This document shows, piece by piece, positions 9,245-20,800 of a stretch of 41,590 nucleotides of DNA. This DNA is from Cytophagaceae bacterium. GTDB taxonomy: Bacteria; Bacteroidota; Bacteroidia; Cytophagales; Cytophagaceae. Position numbers and translations under genes: made by a program. Location of the stretch: contig JAIERY010000185.1 in NCBI GenBank assembly GCA_019746425.1, positions 1-41,590 of the forward strand. The letters run 5' to 3'. Each line of letters begins with the position of its first letter. The stretch's first letter is position 1. The notes beneath the pieces were generated by a model. It was given only the letters and a program-made list of their open reading frames with translations. It ran no database searches and had not been told where the DNA came from.

Positions 9245-9358
9245 CCGGATTTTTCATAGAAATTGAAGATCTTGAATTAACAGTCTTTGCTTATTTTTTA
9301 TAAAAAGTGATTGATGGATTTTCAGGATTTCTCAATTGAATGAGATTTTTCATACACG

Positions 9359-10360
9359 ATGTACGATAAAAAATATCATAATTCAGATTTAAAGAATTTT
9401 ACTTTTTTAGTTACCGGGGGAGCAGGATTTATCGGTTCTCATATTGTCGAATATCTTCTCAATCATGGAGCAGGGAATGTGAGGGTTCTGGATAATTTTG
9501 CTACAGGCTTCAAAAAAAATCTCGAATCATTCAGTACAAACAAATCATTTGAATTTCTCGAAGGTGATATCCGTGATTTAAATACCTGCCAGCAGGCATG
9601 CAAGGATATCAATATTGTTTTTCACCAGGCCGCGCTGGGGTCTGTTCCAAGAAGCATTAATGATCCTGTTACTACAAACGCCGTTAATATTGATGGTTTT
9701 GTAAATATGCTGGTTGCTTCACGTGATCAAAAAGCAAAGAAGTTTATTTATGCTGCTTCCTCTTCTACATATGGAGATAGCAAAAAGCTTCCTAAGGTGG
9801 AAGGGGAGATCGGGATGCCTTTATCTCCTTATGCAGTTACAAAATTTGTAAATGAATTGTATGCCAGGGTCTTTGCTTTAAACTATGGAATCAAAACAAT
9901 TGGCCTTAGGTATTTTAATGTATTTGGTCCCAGGCAGGATCCGAATGGGGCTTACGCAGCTGTTATTCCATTATTCATTAATAGCCTGGTAAATAATAAA
10001 ACCGTAAAAATTGATGGAGATGGTGAGCAGACAAGAGATTTTACTTTTGTAGAAAATGCAGTACAGGCAAATATCAGGGCTGCTTTTGCGGGTAACTTTA
10101 ACGACTTGAATGAAGTTTATAATGTTGCTGTAGGGGAGCGGACCTCAATAAATCAAATGTTTGAAATTATCAAAGAACTATCAGGGTCGGATGTTAAACC
10201 GGAATACAGGCAAGCCAGAGCAGGGGATGTTCGCGATAGCCTTGCAGATATTTCAAAAATAAAAAATCATCTTGGATACAATCCAACAGTAAACTTAAAA
10301 AACGGATTGAAGTTTACCTATGAGTGGTTTAAGAATAACAGAGAGTTTATTAATAGTTGA
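9359..10360 (+). CDS. UDP-GlcNAc(A) 4-epimerase-like SDR (WbpP/TviC-like)
   Basis: QAALGSVPRSI, ASSSTYGD, PLSPYAVTK and RYFNVFGPRQDPNGAYAAVIP motifs. Confidence 0.88.
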   Translation: MYDKKYHNSDLKNFTFLVTGGAGFIGSHIVEYLLNHGAGNVRVLDNFATGFKKNLESFSTNKSFEFLEGDIRDLNTCQQACKDINIVFHQAALGSVPRSINDPVTTNAVNIDGFVNMLVASRDQKAKKFIYAASSSTYGDSKKLPKVEGEIGMPLSPYAVTKFVNELYARVFALNYGIKTIGLRYFNVFGPRQDPNGAYAAVIPLFINSLVNNKTVKIDGDGEQTRDFTFVENAVQANIRAAFAGNFNDLNEVYNVAVGERTSINQMFEIIKELSGSDVKPEYRQARAGDVRDSLADISKIKNHLGYNPTVNLKNGLKFTYEWFKNNREFINS

Positions 10361-10416
10361 TAATATACAATTGATAATCAATACTGTTTGTCACTGCATA
10401 TTCTCAATTGTCAACT
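10355..10416. repeat. Heptad-periodic imperfect hairpin (AATTGAT/AATTGTC type)
   Basis: AGTTGATAAT...AATTGATAAT...ATTCTCAATTGTCAACT; overlaps the upstream stop codon. Confidence 0.5.
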
Positions 10417-10449
10417 TGTTTTAATAAAGAATAAGTTAAATTACATATT

Positions 10450-11325
10450 ATGAAAGGAATCATATTAGCAGGAGGATCCGGCACACGTTTGCACCCATTG
10501 ACCTTAGCTGTCAGCAAACAATTGATGCCCGTGTATGATAAGCCAATGATTTATTATCCTCTGTCCTGTCTGATGATGGCGGGCATTAAAGAAATATTAA
10601 TTATTTCTACGCCGCATGATCTGCCAAATTTTAAAAAATTGCTGGGAGATGGGAATTATCTGGGATGCTCCTTTTCCTATGCAGAGCAGCCTGAACCAAA
10701 TGGACTTGCTCAGGCTTTTGTGATCGGAGAAAAATTTATCGGAAAAGATAAAGTTGCATTGATATTGGGGGATAATATTTTTTACGGCTCGGGACTGAAA
10801 GAATTATTTTTCAGCAATAATAATCCTGATGGCGGCGTGGTTTTTGCTTATCACGTTCATGACCCTGAACGATACGGGGTGGTAGAATTTGGCGAAGATC
10901 ATAAAGTGATTTCTATTGAAGAAAAACCTAAAAACCCTAAATCCAATTATGCAGTGCCTGGATTATATTTTTACGATAATCAGGTAGTAGAGATAGCTAA
11001 AAATTTAAAGCCAAGCGCGAGAGGGGAATATGAAATAACAGATGTAAATAAAGCCTATTTGCAGGGTGGTAAATTAAAAGTCGGCGTGCTGGATAGGGGA
11101 ACTGCATGGCTCGACACAGGAACATTTGCTTCCTTAATGCAGGCCGGGAATTTTGTACAGGTGATTGAAGAGAGACAAGGTTTGAAAGTGGGATGTATTG
11201 AAGAGATTGCATATGAAATGAAATTTATTAATTCACAGCAACTGGAGGCATTGGCTAAGCCTCTTTTAAAAAGCGGATACGGCAAATATTTGCTTAATTT
11301 AATTAATCAGAAAATCGTGATTTAA
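10450..11325 (+). CDS. rfbA: Glucose-1-phosphate thymidylyltransferase
   Basis: [45 protein letters not shown] and WLDTGT motifs. Confidence 0.96.
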   Translation: MKGIILAGGSGTRLHPLTLAVSKQLMPVYDKPMIYYPLSCLMMAGIKEILIISTPHDLPNFKKLLGDGNYLGCSFSYAEQPEPNGLAQAFVIGEKFIGKDKVALILGDNIFYGSGLKELFFSNNNPDGGVVFAYHVHDPERYGVVEFGEDHKVISIEEKPKNPKSNYAVPGLYFYDNQVVEIAKNLKPSARGEYEITDVNKAYLQGGKLKVGVLDRGTAWLDTGTFASLMQAGNFVQVIEERQGLKVGCIEEIAYEMKFINSQQLEALAKPLLKSGYGKYLLNLINQKIVI

Positions 11326-12494
11326 AAAATAACTCCAGCTATTATCCCCGCGATGATAATAAAAGGAGGAGGAATTTTTGTGAAAAGAAGAGTTAAAAAA
11401 GTAGCAAGTATAATTAGATAGTTAAGCCAGCCATCTTGTATAGGCTGCATCATGGTCCCGAGCAGCTGAATAGCAGTTGCCGTCACAATACCAGCGCTTG
11501 CAGCATTTACACCTTCCAGCGATGCTTTCACGACTCTGTATTGTTTTAGTCTGTCCCAAAACCTGATCACGAAAAATATCATAATAGTGCCAGGAAGAAA
11601 AATTCCTGCAGTGGCTACAAGGCTGCCCAGAAGTTGTCCTCCTATGCCATATTCTCTCATAGATAAAGATCCGATATAGGAACTAAAGGAAAATATAGGG
11701 CCTGGTAAACTTTTCAATAAAGCATATCCTGAAAGAAACTGGTCTTCTGTTAAGTAATCTTTTAATTTGACAAATTCTTTATAAAACATTGCAGTCAGCG
11801 CTTCGCCGCCACCAAATAATAAACTTCCGTTACGGAAAAAATTTTCAAAAAGCCGTATGCCTTTATATTGTGTAATTTGTCCTAATAAAGCTGCACCTAT
11901 AAAAATCGAAGCATATAAAACCAGATTTGACCATTCTATCCGTAACGGCTCTTTTTTTTCTTCAAGAGGTTGTCTTCTGTATTTAAACGAGGTGATGAAT
12001 CCGCTGAAAATTAATATAAGAGGAAAAACTGCGGGTGTATCAACGAAGTAACACCCAATCGCTGAAAAAATGAACAGTACATAGCTGGTTCTGCTGTTTA
12101 CACAAACTAATCCTATTTTATAAGCGGCAAACATTACAAATGCTACAGCCATCGGAATAATATATTTGGTAAACTCCAGTGATATAAATGAAATGGAAAT
12201 TGCCGCAGCGGTCATGATAAGTGTTGCAGGCATGATCCAGACCAGTAATGTAAGGAAAGCTAATTTAGGTCCGCCTATTTTAAATCCTACCGCTGTTAAA
12301 GTTTGTGTTGAGGCAGGACCGGGAAGTATCTGGCAGAAAGAATTCAGATCAATAAGGTCTTCCTGGGAAATATAGTTTCGTTTTTTTACCAGCACATTAA
12401 AAAAAAGCGTCATGTGTGCCTGTGGTCCTCCGAATGCGGTGATTGCCATTAATAAGACATCTTTTAAAAAAATAATGTGTCTTACTTTCTTCAT
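11322..12494 (-). CDS. chrA: Long-chain chromate ion transporter (CHR family)
   Basis: Two homologous halves, AFGGP...QILPGP and LFGGG...SLPGP; hydrophobic; convergent 4-nt TTAA overlap with rfbA. Confidence 0.88.
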   Translation of the reverse strand: MKKVRHIIFLKDVLLMAITAFGGPQAHMTLFFNVLVKKRNYISQEDLIDLNSFCQILPGPASTQTLTAVGFKIGGPKLAFLTLLVWIMPATLIMTAAAISISFISLEFTKYIIPMAVAFVMFAAYKIGLVCVNSRTSYVLFIFSAIGCYFVDTPAVFPLILIFSGFITSFKYRRQPLEEKKEPLRIEWSNLVLYASIFIGAALLGQITQYKGIRLFENFFRNGSLLFGGGEALTAMFYKEFVKLKDYLTEDQFLSGYALLKSLPGPIFSFSSYIGSLSMREYGIGGQLLGSLVATAGIFLPGTIMIFFVIRFWDRLKQYRVVKASLEGVNAASAGIVTATAIQLLGTMMQPIQDGWLNYLIILATFLTLLFTKIPPPFIIIAGIIAGVIF

Positions 12495-12668
12495 GGGGTT
12501 ATGCTTACCTTAAAAATAATCACGGGGTAGAACGATCTTTGATTAAATATTTCTAAATTATATCAGTTTCCCGGGAAACACTTGTTGGTAATGAAAGTTA
12601 TTGGTAATAAATTTATGCAATAAACTTAAAAATACTTAAAATCCCCAGCTAAAAATTAAATTAAGCCT

Positions 12669-13529
12669 ATGAAAAACCTTATTTTTTTGATTACAGCGGG
12701 TTTTCTTTTCGCTTCTTGCGAAAGAAATACCAGCACAGAGAAAGCTTCTTCTACAGACAGTACTGCCGCAGGTAAAATGCAGGTAGATATTAATCCTATG
12801 CCGGTAGATACTATGGGGATGATGGTAAAAGGTGATATTCGTTTGTTGCCATTAAAAGGCTCTCCTGAATTTTCCGATGCTGTTCTGGAGTTAAACGCAC
12901 CTTCAGAAAACAGCAAACAGAAATCAGGTGAGCCTGTATCTTTTAAATACGAAGTGAAAAATTACAAATTGCGTGGTTCCAAAACACCGAATCCATCCTG
13001 CAATCAGTGTAATGAGTCGAAGGATGGACAACATATTCATCTTATATTTAATAATGAACCATATATCGCAGTATACAAGCCGGATACTACATTAAATTTA
13101 AAGGATGGACATTATGTGGCCTTGTCATTTCTTTCAAGATCCTATCACGAAAGTTTAAAACATTTTGAGGCAGCAGATATTCGTCAGTTTACAGTGGGCA
13201 ATGCAAAAGCAAAAAGTGTCGATCTTTCAAAGCCCATGTTGTTTTACAGCAGGCCTAAAGGGGAATACAAAGGACAATTTGCTAAAAGGATATTGCTTGA
13301 TTTTTACCTTGTAAATAATCAATTGTCAGCAGATGGGAATAAAGTAAGAGCTACTATAAATGGTAATGAATTTCTGATTAACAAATGGCAACCATATGTT
13401 ATTGAAGGTTTGCCTATGGGAGAAAATATAATTAAACTTGAATTAATTGATAAAGATGGAAAATTAGTAGATGGTCCTTTTAATTCAATTGAAAGAAAAA
13501 TTACTTTGATAGAAGAACCGGCAAGCTAG
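12669..13529 (+). CDS. Conserved Bacteroidota lipoprotein of unknown function
   Basis: Lipobox LFASC; GQHIHLIFNNEPY and FLSRSYHES segments; CxxC (CNQC). Confidence 0.75.
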   Translation: MKNLIFLITAGFLFASCERNTSTEKASSTDSTAAGKMQVDINPMPVDTMGMMVKGDIRLLPLKGSPEFSDAVLELNAPSENSKQKSGEPVSFKYEVKNYKLRGSKTPNPSCNQCNESKDGQHIHLIFNNEPYIAVYKPDTTLNLKDGHYVALSFLSRSYHESLKHFEAADIRQFTVGNAKAKSVDLSKPMLFYSRPKGEYKGQFAKRILLDFYLVNNQLSADGNKVRATINGNEFLINKWQPYVIEGLPMGENIIKLELIDKDGKLVDGPFNSIERKITLIEEPAS

Positions 13530-13543
13530 GTTCAACAGAACTG

Positions 13544-13575
13544 TAACTCATGCCTTAAGGCATGAGTTATTTTTT
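13544..13575 (+). terminator. Intrinsic terminator between the convergent lipoprotein and recO genes
   Basis: Perfect 26-nt palindrome TAACTCATGCCTTAAGGCATGAGTTA followed by T6. Confidence 0.8.
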
Positions 13576-13586
13576 CTTACCAGACT

Positions 13587-14261
13587 TTAAGAAAGTACTT
13601 CCTTTAATATTTTTTCTGAATTTATTTCTCCGAAATTTTCAATATGATTTTTATAAAATCTCAGTAATTGTGCTAAAAAAAATCTGCGTAAGCCATTGTT
13701 GAGTTTTATGGTTTCTGTATAATCAGCACGAAGTAATTTTTCAAACATTTCTTTTTCTTCTTCTTTTAACATCGATGCTTCATCCCCCAATATGTCTTTA
13801 ATGCTGGTTGGGAAAAAACCCAGGAAAGAAGATAGTTGTATTAAAAACTGCAAATGAAAGTTTTGAAAGTCTTCTTTTATTTCATCAAGATAGATTAATG
13901 ATTTATGGAGAAAGTAAAATAATTCCTGATTGGAAGTTTCTTCCTTTAAGGTTTTATTCAGTATTTCTGAAATGAATAAAGCAATGGAAGATTTTTTAAC
14001 TTCAAAAGGAATAGACTTAAAAGGGAAAGTACATTTGATTTCTGAAATTCTTTTAATCGAAGAGTTTTCCTTATAATAAACTACCAGGTCGAGGATCGTG
14101 AGAGATTGAAAAAGACCGATTTTGTTTTTTGAATTTTTGCTTCGTACCCCATTAACTATATAAGTTCGTAACCCAAATTCTTCCGTATAAATTTTTGTGA
14201 TAATAGAAGTCTCCCGGTACTTAATATAATTTAATACGACTCCTCTGGTTTTCTGAAGCAT
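13587..14261 (-). CDS. recO: DNA repair protein RecO
   Basis: MLQKTRGVVLNYIKYRETSIITKIYTEEFGL N-terminal OB-fold signature; 224 aa; downstream of porZ. Confidence 0.9.
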   Translation of the reverse strand: MLQKTRGVVLNYIKYRETSIITKIYTEEFGLRTYIVNGVRSKNSKNKIGLFQSLTILDLVVYYKENSSIKRISEIKCTFPFKSIPFEVKKSSIALFISEILNKTLKEETSNQELFYFLHKSLIYLDEIKEDFQNFHLQFLIQLSSFLGFFPTSIKDILGDEASMLKEEEKEMFEKLLRADYTETIKLNNGLRRFFLAQLLRFYKNHIENFGEINSEKILKEVLS

Positions 14262-14266
14262 TGTAT

Positions 14267-16564
14267 TTATTCTACTACTGCCACTTTTGAAACAAAGGTT
14301 TCTACGCCATCTTCAGATGCGCTGAAAATAAGATAAACACCCGTTTTAGCTTTTACCCCATTGTAATTTTTCCCATTCCATACAGCAGTTCCACCTTCAG
14401 CTTTAGTCTGATAGACTAAATTTCCATAAACGTCAGTGATCTTTACCACGGCATCATTTGCCAGGCCAGATATTCCAATCAAACCGTTAAAGTCGGGTTT
14501 CACTGGATTTGGAAAAACTTTTACCTCTCCATGTTGTGTCTTTGCTTCAGTGGCAGTTCCTCTGTAGGATATAATGCCTTTATCAGTGGCAATAAATACT
14601 TCTCCTGTGATTTCATTTATTTCCACATCGATGATATTGTTTGAAAGTATCGGACTATTGTCTACCGTAAAATTATTAATCACTTCTGTGCCATCATCAT
14701 TGAATAACCACAATCCATTTTTGGTTCCTATCCATTTACGATTGCCTCCATCAATTTTGATGCATGTGATTGCCTCGTTGTAAAGCAATGGAAAGCCGTC
14801 AAAAATAGGAGCGGCAGCATTTACGGAAGAAGAAGTAAACATGTCTTCCGGATTGTAAAAGACAGCAATACCCTGTTCAGTGCCTACCCAAACTTCGCCA
14901 TTCTTATCGACAGCCATAGTATTTACATTAATATGAGGAAGTTTCCCCTGTCCTTCTACATCTGTAAGGTATTTGTAAGTATTGTTTTTATCATTATAAA
15001 CAATAATACCTCCTCCATAACCCGGGCGAAGCCTTATCCATTTATAATCATTTTCATCTATCATAATTTCAAGCGGATATCTTGCCGCTTCAAATCCAAA
15101 ACTTTTGGATGCCCACGTTCCGTTTGTTCTTTTAACATGCAGAGATGGTTCTGTAAGCGATGGAACAACATAGTTTGCCACCCACAGATTTCCATTTTTA
15201 TCAACCTCAACATCAGATACAAAAACGTATGTGCCTGGCTGAGGCAAGGCTCTTCGAAGCGGAGCAATGGTATCGTCTATAAGAGAATAAGTATTGTCAG
15301 GGTTTGCGACTAATATTCCAAAGCCATGTGTTGCAAAATATAATTTATTGTCGGCTGGATTGTAAGCTGCATTCAGGATATCGAGTGTATAAGGAAATCC
15401 CGGGGTTTGAGTAGTGCTATATGTTTTCCAGGAAGTATTGTCAAATACATTATATATGCCCTGACGATACATAAAAGAATAGCTGGTATTGTAACCCCCA
15501 TATGGAGCTACAATCTTATTATCATAATAATATAGACTGAATGCCTCTTTCACATTGGGTCCGTTGGGTTGATGAAATGGATTGAAGTATCCTTCATAAT
15601 CTGTAATAAGTCCGAAACCTAAATCTGCTATCCACAATTTTCCATTAGCATCAAGTGCAGCTTCTGCAGGAGCCCAGATCCAATAATTGGTATATGTGGT
15701 ATAAGTTGTTTCGTTGAGAGCTACAGTGACTTTGCTGTTGGAGCAAACCAATAATTTGCCCATAGAAACATTCAAAGATCTTAATTCTGTTTCCATGGGA
15801 ATATTTGATTTTGTCCATAAATTTCCAGGTGTTAAATAATAAATACTGTCTCCGCGAACACCTGTGTAAATTTTATTATTAAAAGTACACACTGTTACTA
15901 TGTTAGTAGTAGAAATATTATTTGCAGCGCCATAAGTATACCAGTTGCTGAAGTCCATTAAATTTATCGCCGGAGAATTTTTCGCGCACATTACCCCCTT
16001 CTCTGTAGCAAGAAAAATACTGTCTCCGTCGGGAGAGCATGTTGATGCAAAAACTTTATTGGGCAAGCCTCCTGGAGCCAGGCTCAGCCAGGTTTCCTTA
16101 ACTTCATATTTTTTAAGATTTACAACAGCAACTCCGAAATCACAGGAGAAATATGCATAGTCCCCATAGAAATTTATATGATTTATCTTTTTGCTGCCTA
16201 CGATAGGTTTCCGTGCAATATCATTAAGATTAATTACTTCATTGTCTTTAATAATATCTATATTCCCATTTTCATAGCCAATTACCGTAAGGTTAAATGC
16301 GGAATTGTATTTAACTTCATTTACACCAACATCATTCAGTTCATTTATCTTGGAAAGAATATCTATGCTCATGTCTGTATTATCCACTGTAAAAGCATTG
16401 ATTTCAGCCGCGGCGTAAATAATATTCCCGGCAGTTTCAACCGATCTTATAGCCTTATAAGGCAGGTGCACTCTCCATGTTCCTATAGGAATATTATTTT
16501 GCTGGGAGAATGCGTTATTAATAATGAAAAGACTTACAAAAAAAAGCGTTATTTTGGAGTACAT
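14267..16564 (-). CDS. porZ: T9SS component PorZ-like (beta-propeller repeats plus CTD)
   Basis: Signal peptide; IGTWRVHLPY; repeated VDxxGxxWVGT blades; C-terminal VKVFPNPV...WNG...GVYLI; linked to recO. Confidence 0.85.
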   Translation of the reverse strand: MYSKITLFFVSLFIINNAFSQQNNIPIGTWRVHLPYKAIRSVETAGNIIYAAAEINAFTVDNTDMSIDILSKINELNDVGVNEVKYNSAFNLTVIGYENGNIDIIKDNEVINLNDIARKPIVGSKKINHINFYGDYAYFSCDFGVAVVNLKKYEVKETWLSLAPGGLPNKVFASTCSPDGDSIFLATEKGVMCAKNSPAINLMDFSNWYTYGAANNISTTNIVTVCTFNNKIYTGVRGDSIYYLTPGNLWTKSNIPMETELRSLNVSMGKLLVCSNSKVTVALNETTYTTYTNYWIWAPAEAALDANGKLWIADLGFGLITDYEGYFNPFHQPNGPNVKEAFSLYYYDNKIVAPYGGYNTSYSFMYRQGIYNVFDNTSWKTYSTTQTPGFPYTLDILNAAYNPADNKLYFATHGFGILVANPDNTYSLIDDTIAPLRRALPQPGTYVFVSDVEVDKNGNLWVANYVVPSLTEPSLHVKRTNGTWASKSFGFEAARYPLEIMIDENDYKWIRLRPGYGGGIIVYNDKNNTYKYLTDVEGQGKLPHINVNTMAVDKNGEVWVGTEQGIAVFYNPEDMFTSSSVNAAAPIFDGFPLLYNEAITCIKIDGGNRKWIGTKNGLWLFNDDGTEVINNFTVDNSPILSNNIIDVEINEITGEVFIATDKGIISYRGTATEAKTQHGEVKVFPNPVKPDFNGLIGISGLANDAVVKITDVYGNLVYQTKAEGGTAVWNGKNYNGVKAKTGVYLIFSASEDGVETFVSKVAVVE

Positions 16565-16596
16565 GAATTGAAGATATTTGTCTTAATGGATAATAA

Positions 16597-16604
16597 CAAA
16601 GATA
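16597..16604 (-). promoter_or_regulatory. -7 promoter box for porZ-recO
   Basis: TATCTTTG on the minus strand, 32 nt upstream of the ATG. Confidence 0.6.
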
Positions 16605-16687
16605 CAAGCAATTTATTGTTTTGAATTGTTTTTTTTGGACTAAAATCCCATATTTATAAGGGGCAAAGGTATTTAGAATGCAATTAT

Positions 16688-17701
16688 ATGGAAATTCAAA
16701 AACTGGAGGCTTATTCAGTAGTATTAGGAGAAAAAATTTCTAATGAAATTTATAAGGACACTAATAGAATCTCGGGGAACGATATTTTAAAATTGACTCC
16801 AATTGAGCAGGTAAATTTATTTGTAGTCAAAAATTTATTTGATAAGTGGAAAGATGAAATGGCCGGTTTAAAAAGTCCCTATTTCAACTACGATATCACT
16901 GAAGTAAAAGAAGCATTATCGGTTTTAGGAAATAAGCTTTCACGAAATATTTCTGTTAAAAAAGAGCATTTTGTTCCTCTGCTTCAAAAATCCATTTCTG
17001 ATACTCTGATATTAATGCTTTATCCGCAGGAATTCTTTTCCAGAGAATTTTCCCGTAAAGACGCCATTCATTTACCGGAAATTCAGGAAAGTGAAAAGTA
17101 TTATAAAATAAACAGACATTTTGTATTAGCTATAATTAATGAATTTAAGTCATCAGGTAAGGAAGAATTCAGGAAAGAAGAGTTGGGTAATTTTTTAAAC
17201 AAAGTTTATTATAACAATCACTTGCCTGGCGATGATGTGCAGCGTCATATAGATTCCTTCGCTGAATTGCTGAAGTTTGAATTTAATGAACCAGTAAAAA
17301 AGCAATCAGTTAATATTCCGGAGAAAGAAGAAGTCAAGCAGCTCGGAAAGCAATCGGAGAATAAAATTCTCAATGAAAAATTTGGCATCGACCAATCAAC
17401 GCTGAATGACTACCTGAAGCAAGGTAAAGCAGAGACGCTCGCAGATAAGATAGGCAAAAGAAAAATTGAAAACCTGAAAGGAAGTTTTTCCTTAAATCAG
17501 AAATTTTTGTTCATCAATTCTTTGTTCAAAGGAGCGGGTACGGAGTTTGAAAATGCTATCAATGATGTGGAGGGAACAGGAACTTATGAAGAAGCCCTGA
17601 ATACTCTTAAGCAAAATTATGCAGGTAAATACAATTGGAATTTTCAGCAAGATGATGTGAAGGAGTTTTTAGATATAGTCGAAAGGAAATTTTTAAATTA
17701 A
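16688..17701 (+). CDS. Hypothetical protein, Bacteroidota-type
   Basis: 337-aa ORF; C-terminal SLNQKFLFINSLFKG...FLDIVERKF resembles a conserved uncharacterised Bacteroidota domain (from memory). Confidence 0.75.
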   Translation: MEIQKLEAYSVVLGEKISNEIYKDTNRISGNDILKLTPIEQVNLFVVKNLFDKWKDEMAGLKSPYFNYDITEVKEALSVLGNKLSRNISVKKEHFVPLLQKSISDTLILMLYPQEFFSREFSRKDAIHLPEIQESEKYYKINRHFVLAIINEFKSSGKEEFRKEELGNFLNKVYYNNHLPGDDVQRHIDSFAELLKFEFNEPVKKQSVNIPEKEEVKQLGKQSENKILNEKFGIDQSTLNDYLKQGKAETLADKIGKRKIENLKGSFSLNQKFLFINSLFKGAGTEFENAINDVEGTGTYEEALNTLKQNYAGKYNWNFQQDDVKEFLDIVERKFLN

Positions 17702-17893
17702 TGCCCTAACCTGTCTTCGAAGTATGGGCTTTATTCGTTTTTTGAATTATTCAATTATTCTCATAGTTTGGTTTTAGGTTAATTATGTTTTGGGAATTCG
17801 TCTAATAAGTATTTGAATTTATCGATAAAATACTTAGCTTAGCCTTCCCTTTTATCTTCTTTTTCATCTAATACTTTCAGAACATAATTCGCC

Positions 17894-20800
17894 ATGACAA
17901 AATCATTTTTTATTGCTTTAATATTTGTCCTCGCAATAAGAGCTAATACAATCTTTGCGCAAGGAACAATTTCAAGTATCACAAATATTACATCTACAAA
18001 TGTTCCTTTGTATGGGAAATTTGAGGCGGGCGCATCATTGACAAAAAATTTTACTAATCCCTATGATCCTGAAATTGTTTCCATTGATGTGCAATTTATT
18101 TCTCCAACAGGAAAACAATACAACGTTTTTGGATTTTATTATCAAGACTATCAAAGGTTATCTACTAGTCCTTTTTGGAATCCGATTGTAACAGCGCAAC
18201 CCTGGAGAGTAAGATTTTCACCAAATGAAATAGGTAATTGGTCGTACATTATAAAGGTAAAGGAGAATAATAACACTATTACCGGAATATCATCTGCGAG
18301 AACATTTACCTGTACCAATTCTTCTAACCCTGGCTTTGTATCTATTGCTTCCAATAAAAGATATTTTAATTTTTCAAACGGAACTTCTTTTTTTGGCATA
18401 GCACAAGATATGTGGTCTTATGGTGGTGTTACTTCACCAAATAATTGCGATCCTGCTCCATGTCCATATGCTTGCTATTCACAATACGTTTATCCCAAAT
18501 ATCAGACATGGATTTCAAATTTTTCTCAAAACGGTGGAAATTTGATAAGAGTATGGATGTCACCAACAAGCTTTGAATTGGAATGGCCAGAAGACGCCAT
18601 CAATACTAATATACTTGGAAACTATACTCCAAGACAGTACAGAGCTTATGATCTTGATGCTGTATTTGATTTAGCGGTTCAGAACAATGTTTATATTCAT
18701 CTTGTAGTAATGAATCCCGATCAGCTAGGCACTAGTTTTATAGATCCGGGTGCTGTGGATAATGGTTGGAATGGAAATCCTTATAAAATCAATATTCCTT
18801 TAACAAACTTTGGCGAATTTTTCACAAATAGCATCGCTAAAAAACATTTTAAAAACAAGCTAAGGTATATACAATCGAGATGGGGTTACTCACCAACTTT
18901 AGCCAATTACGAAATAATAAATGAATTAGACTGGATAAATCATGCAGGTATGGGAAGCAACGCAGGCAATATGTCAGCATGGTGTAATGAAATGGCAACA
19001 TTTGTTAAATCGTTGCATCCATCTCATTTAACAAATGTATCTTTTGCTATTGGACACAGTGGTGAATCAAGTGGAATAAATTATTTGCCAACGATGGATT
19101 TTACGAATGGACATTCTTATTCCGGTGATCAAAATGTTGAATATCAGCGAACTTATTTCGCTCAAAATAATCTAAACAAGTTCAATAAACCATTTTTGAT
19201 AACGGAATATGGGTTTGGTGGCCACAATTGCTGGGTTTCTGAAATTTCGGGACAACAGGATTTTCATAATACTTTATGGTCAAGTACATTTTCAGGCTCA
19301 TCAACGACCGCATTTTACTTTGGAGCAGATGTTAAATTTATGAATAGTTGCTGGGGCGGTTCAGTAGTTAAGAACTATAAACCATTAAATACCTTCCTGC
19401 AAAATGAAACGTTTAACTCTTCACACCATACTTTTAAACCTGCAGGCAATGCGCTTTCAGTTTATAATTCATATACCCCTGCCCTAAATCAAAACAGGCC
19501 ACCGGATGCACCAACATTTGATATAAATGGTTTTGCTCCGCCTTCCTGGGGACTAGATGTCGATGGCACACTCATACATACAGACTATTTAGTTACAGAT
19601 ATTACAACTAATGATGATAGAAATATTGAGGTTTTCGCTCTTAAAAATCAAAATAGAGTAATAGGTTGGGTGCATAACAAAAACCATTATTGGTATAATC
19701 TTCCTCATGTTGCAGATAATGGACAAATTCCTAATCCATGTACATATTTAAATAATGCCGCTACTTCAAGCTATCCCAATAATATTACACCTCTTATTAA
19801 TAAAACTCTAACTATTAGCAACTTGAGATGCAACGGGCAATATAGAATTGAATGGTATAGCACACAATATAACTATGATATAAATAATGATGGAATAAAT
19901 GATGATGGTGGAATTATACCAAGTTTAACAACTTTTCAAATAGCTAACAATGGAAGCCTCACCATTAATATTCCCAACCTTCAACCTATCGAATTAAATC
20001 AAAAACCCTACGCGCCAGATTATGGCTTTAAAATTATTTACCAAAACAATTTTGGCATTCAAAATGGCAAGTGGTTACATGATTACACGGATCTTTGGGT
20101 AACACCCTCTACGACTCAAGCTGCAGCCAAACCGACGGGAGATTATGCTCTAAGTGCGAACGGTTTGGATGTATTTTTTCAAGGCTCTGACGGATATATG
20201 CAGCATTTTTTTTGGAATAGCTTGACAAATAAATGGTCGCACGATGGGCTTGTTGCAAGCTGGTGGACACAGAGCGCAAACTATAAAGTAGCCGGTAAAA
20301 TATTAGTGAGTTCTACAGGCGTGTTTTATAAAGGAGCAGATGGTAGAATGCAGCATTATTATTGGAATGGTTTGACATGGGTTCATGATTATACAGATGC
20401 GTGGGTAACGCCTGCCAGTACGCAGGCAGCTGCAAAGCCAATAGGGGATTATGTTTTAAGCGCAAATGGTCTTGATGTTTTCTTTCATGGAGCCGATGGT
20501 TATATGCAGCACTTTTTTTGGAATAGTTCGATAAATAAATGGTCACATGATGGGCTTGTTGCAAGCTGGTGGACACAAAGCGTAAACTATAAAGTAGCCG
20601 GTAAAATATTGGTTAGTTCTACGGGTGTATTTTATAAAGGGGCAGATGGTAGAATGCAGCATTATTATTGGAATGGTTCGACATGGGTTCATGATTATAC
20701 AGATGCATGGGTAACACCTGCCAGCACACAGGCAGCTGCAAAGCCAATAGGGGATTATGTTTTAAGCGCAAATGGTCTTGATGTTTTCTTTCATGGAGCC

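Noticed and set aside
11322..11325. Convergent rfbA/chrA stop-codon overlap
   Set aside because: A shared TTAA overlap is common in AT-rich genomes.
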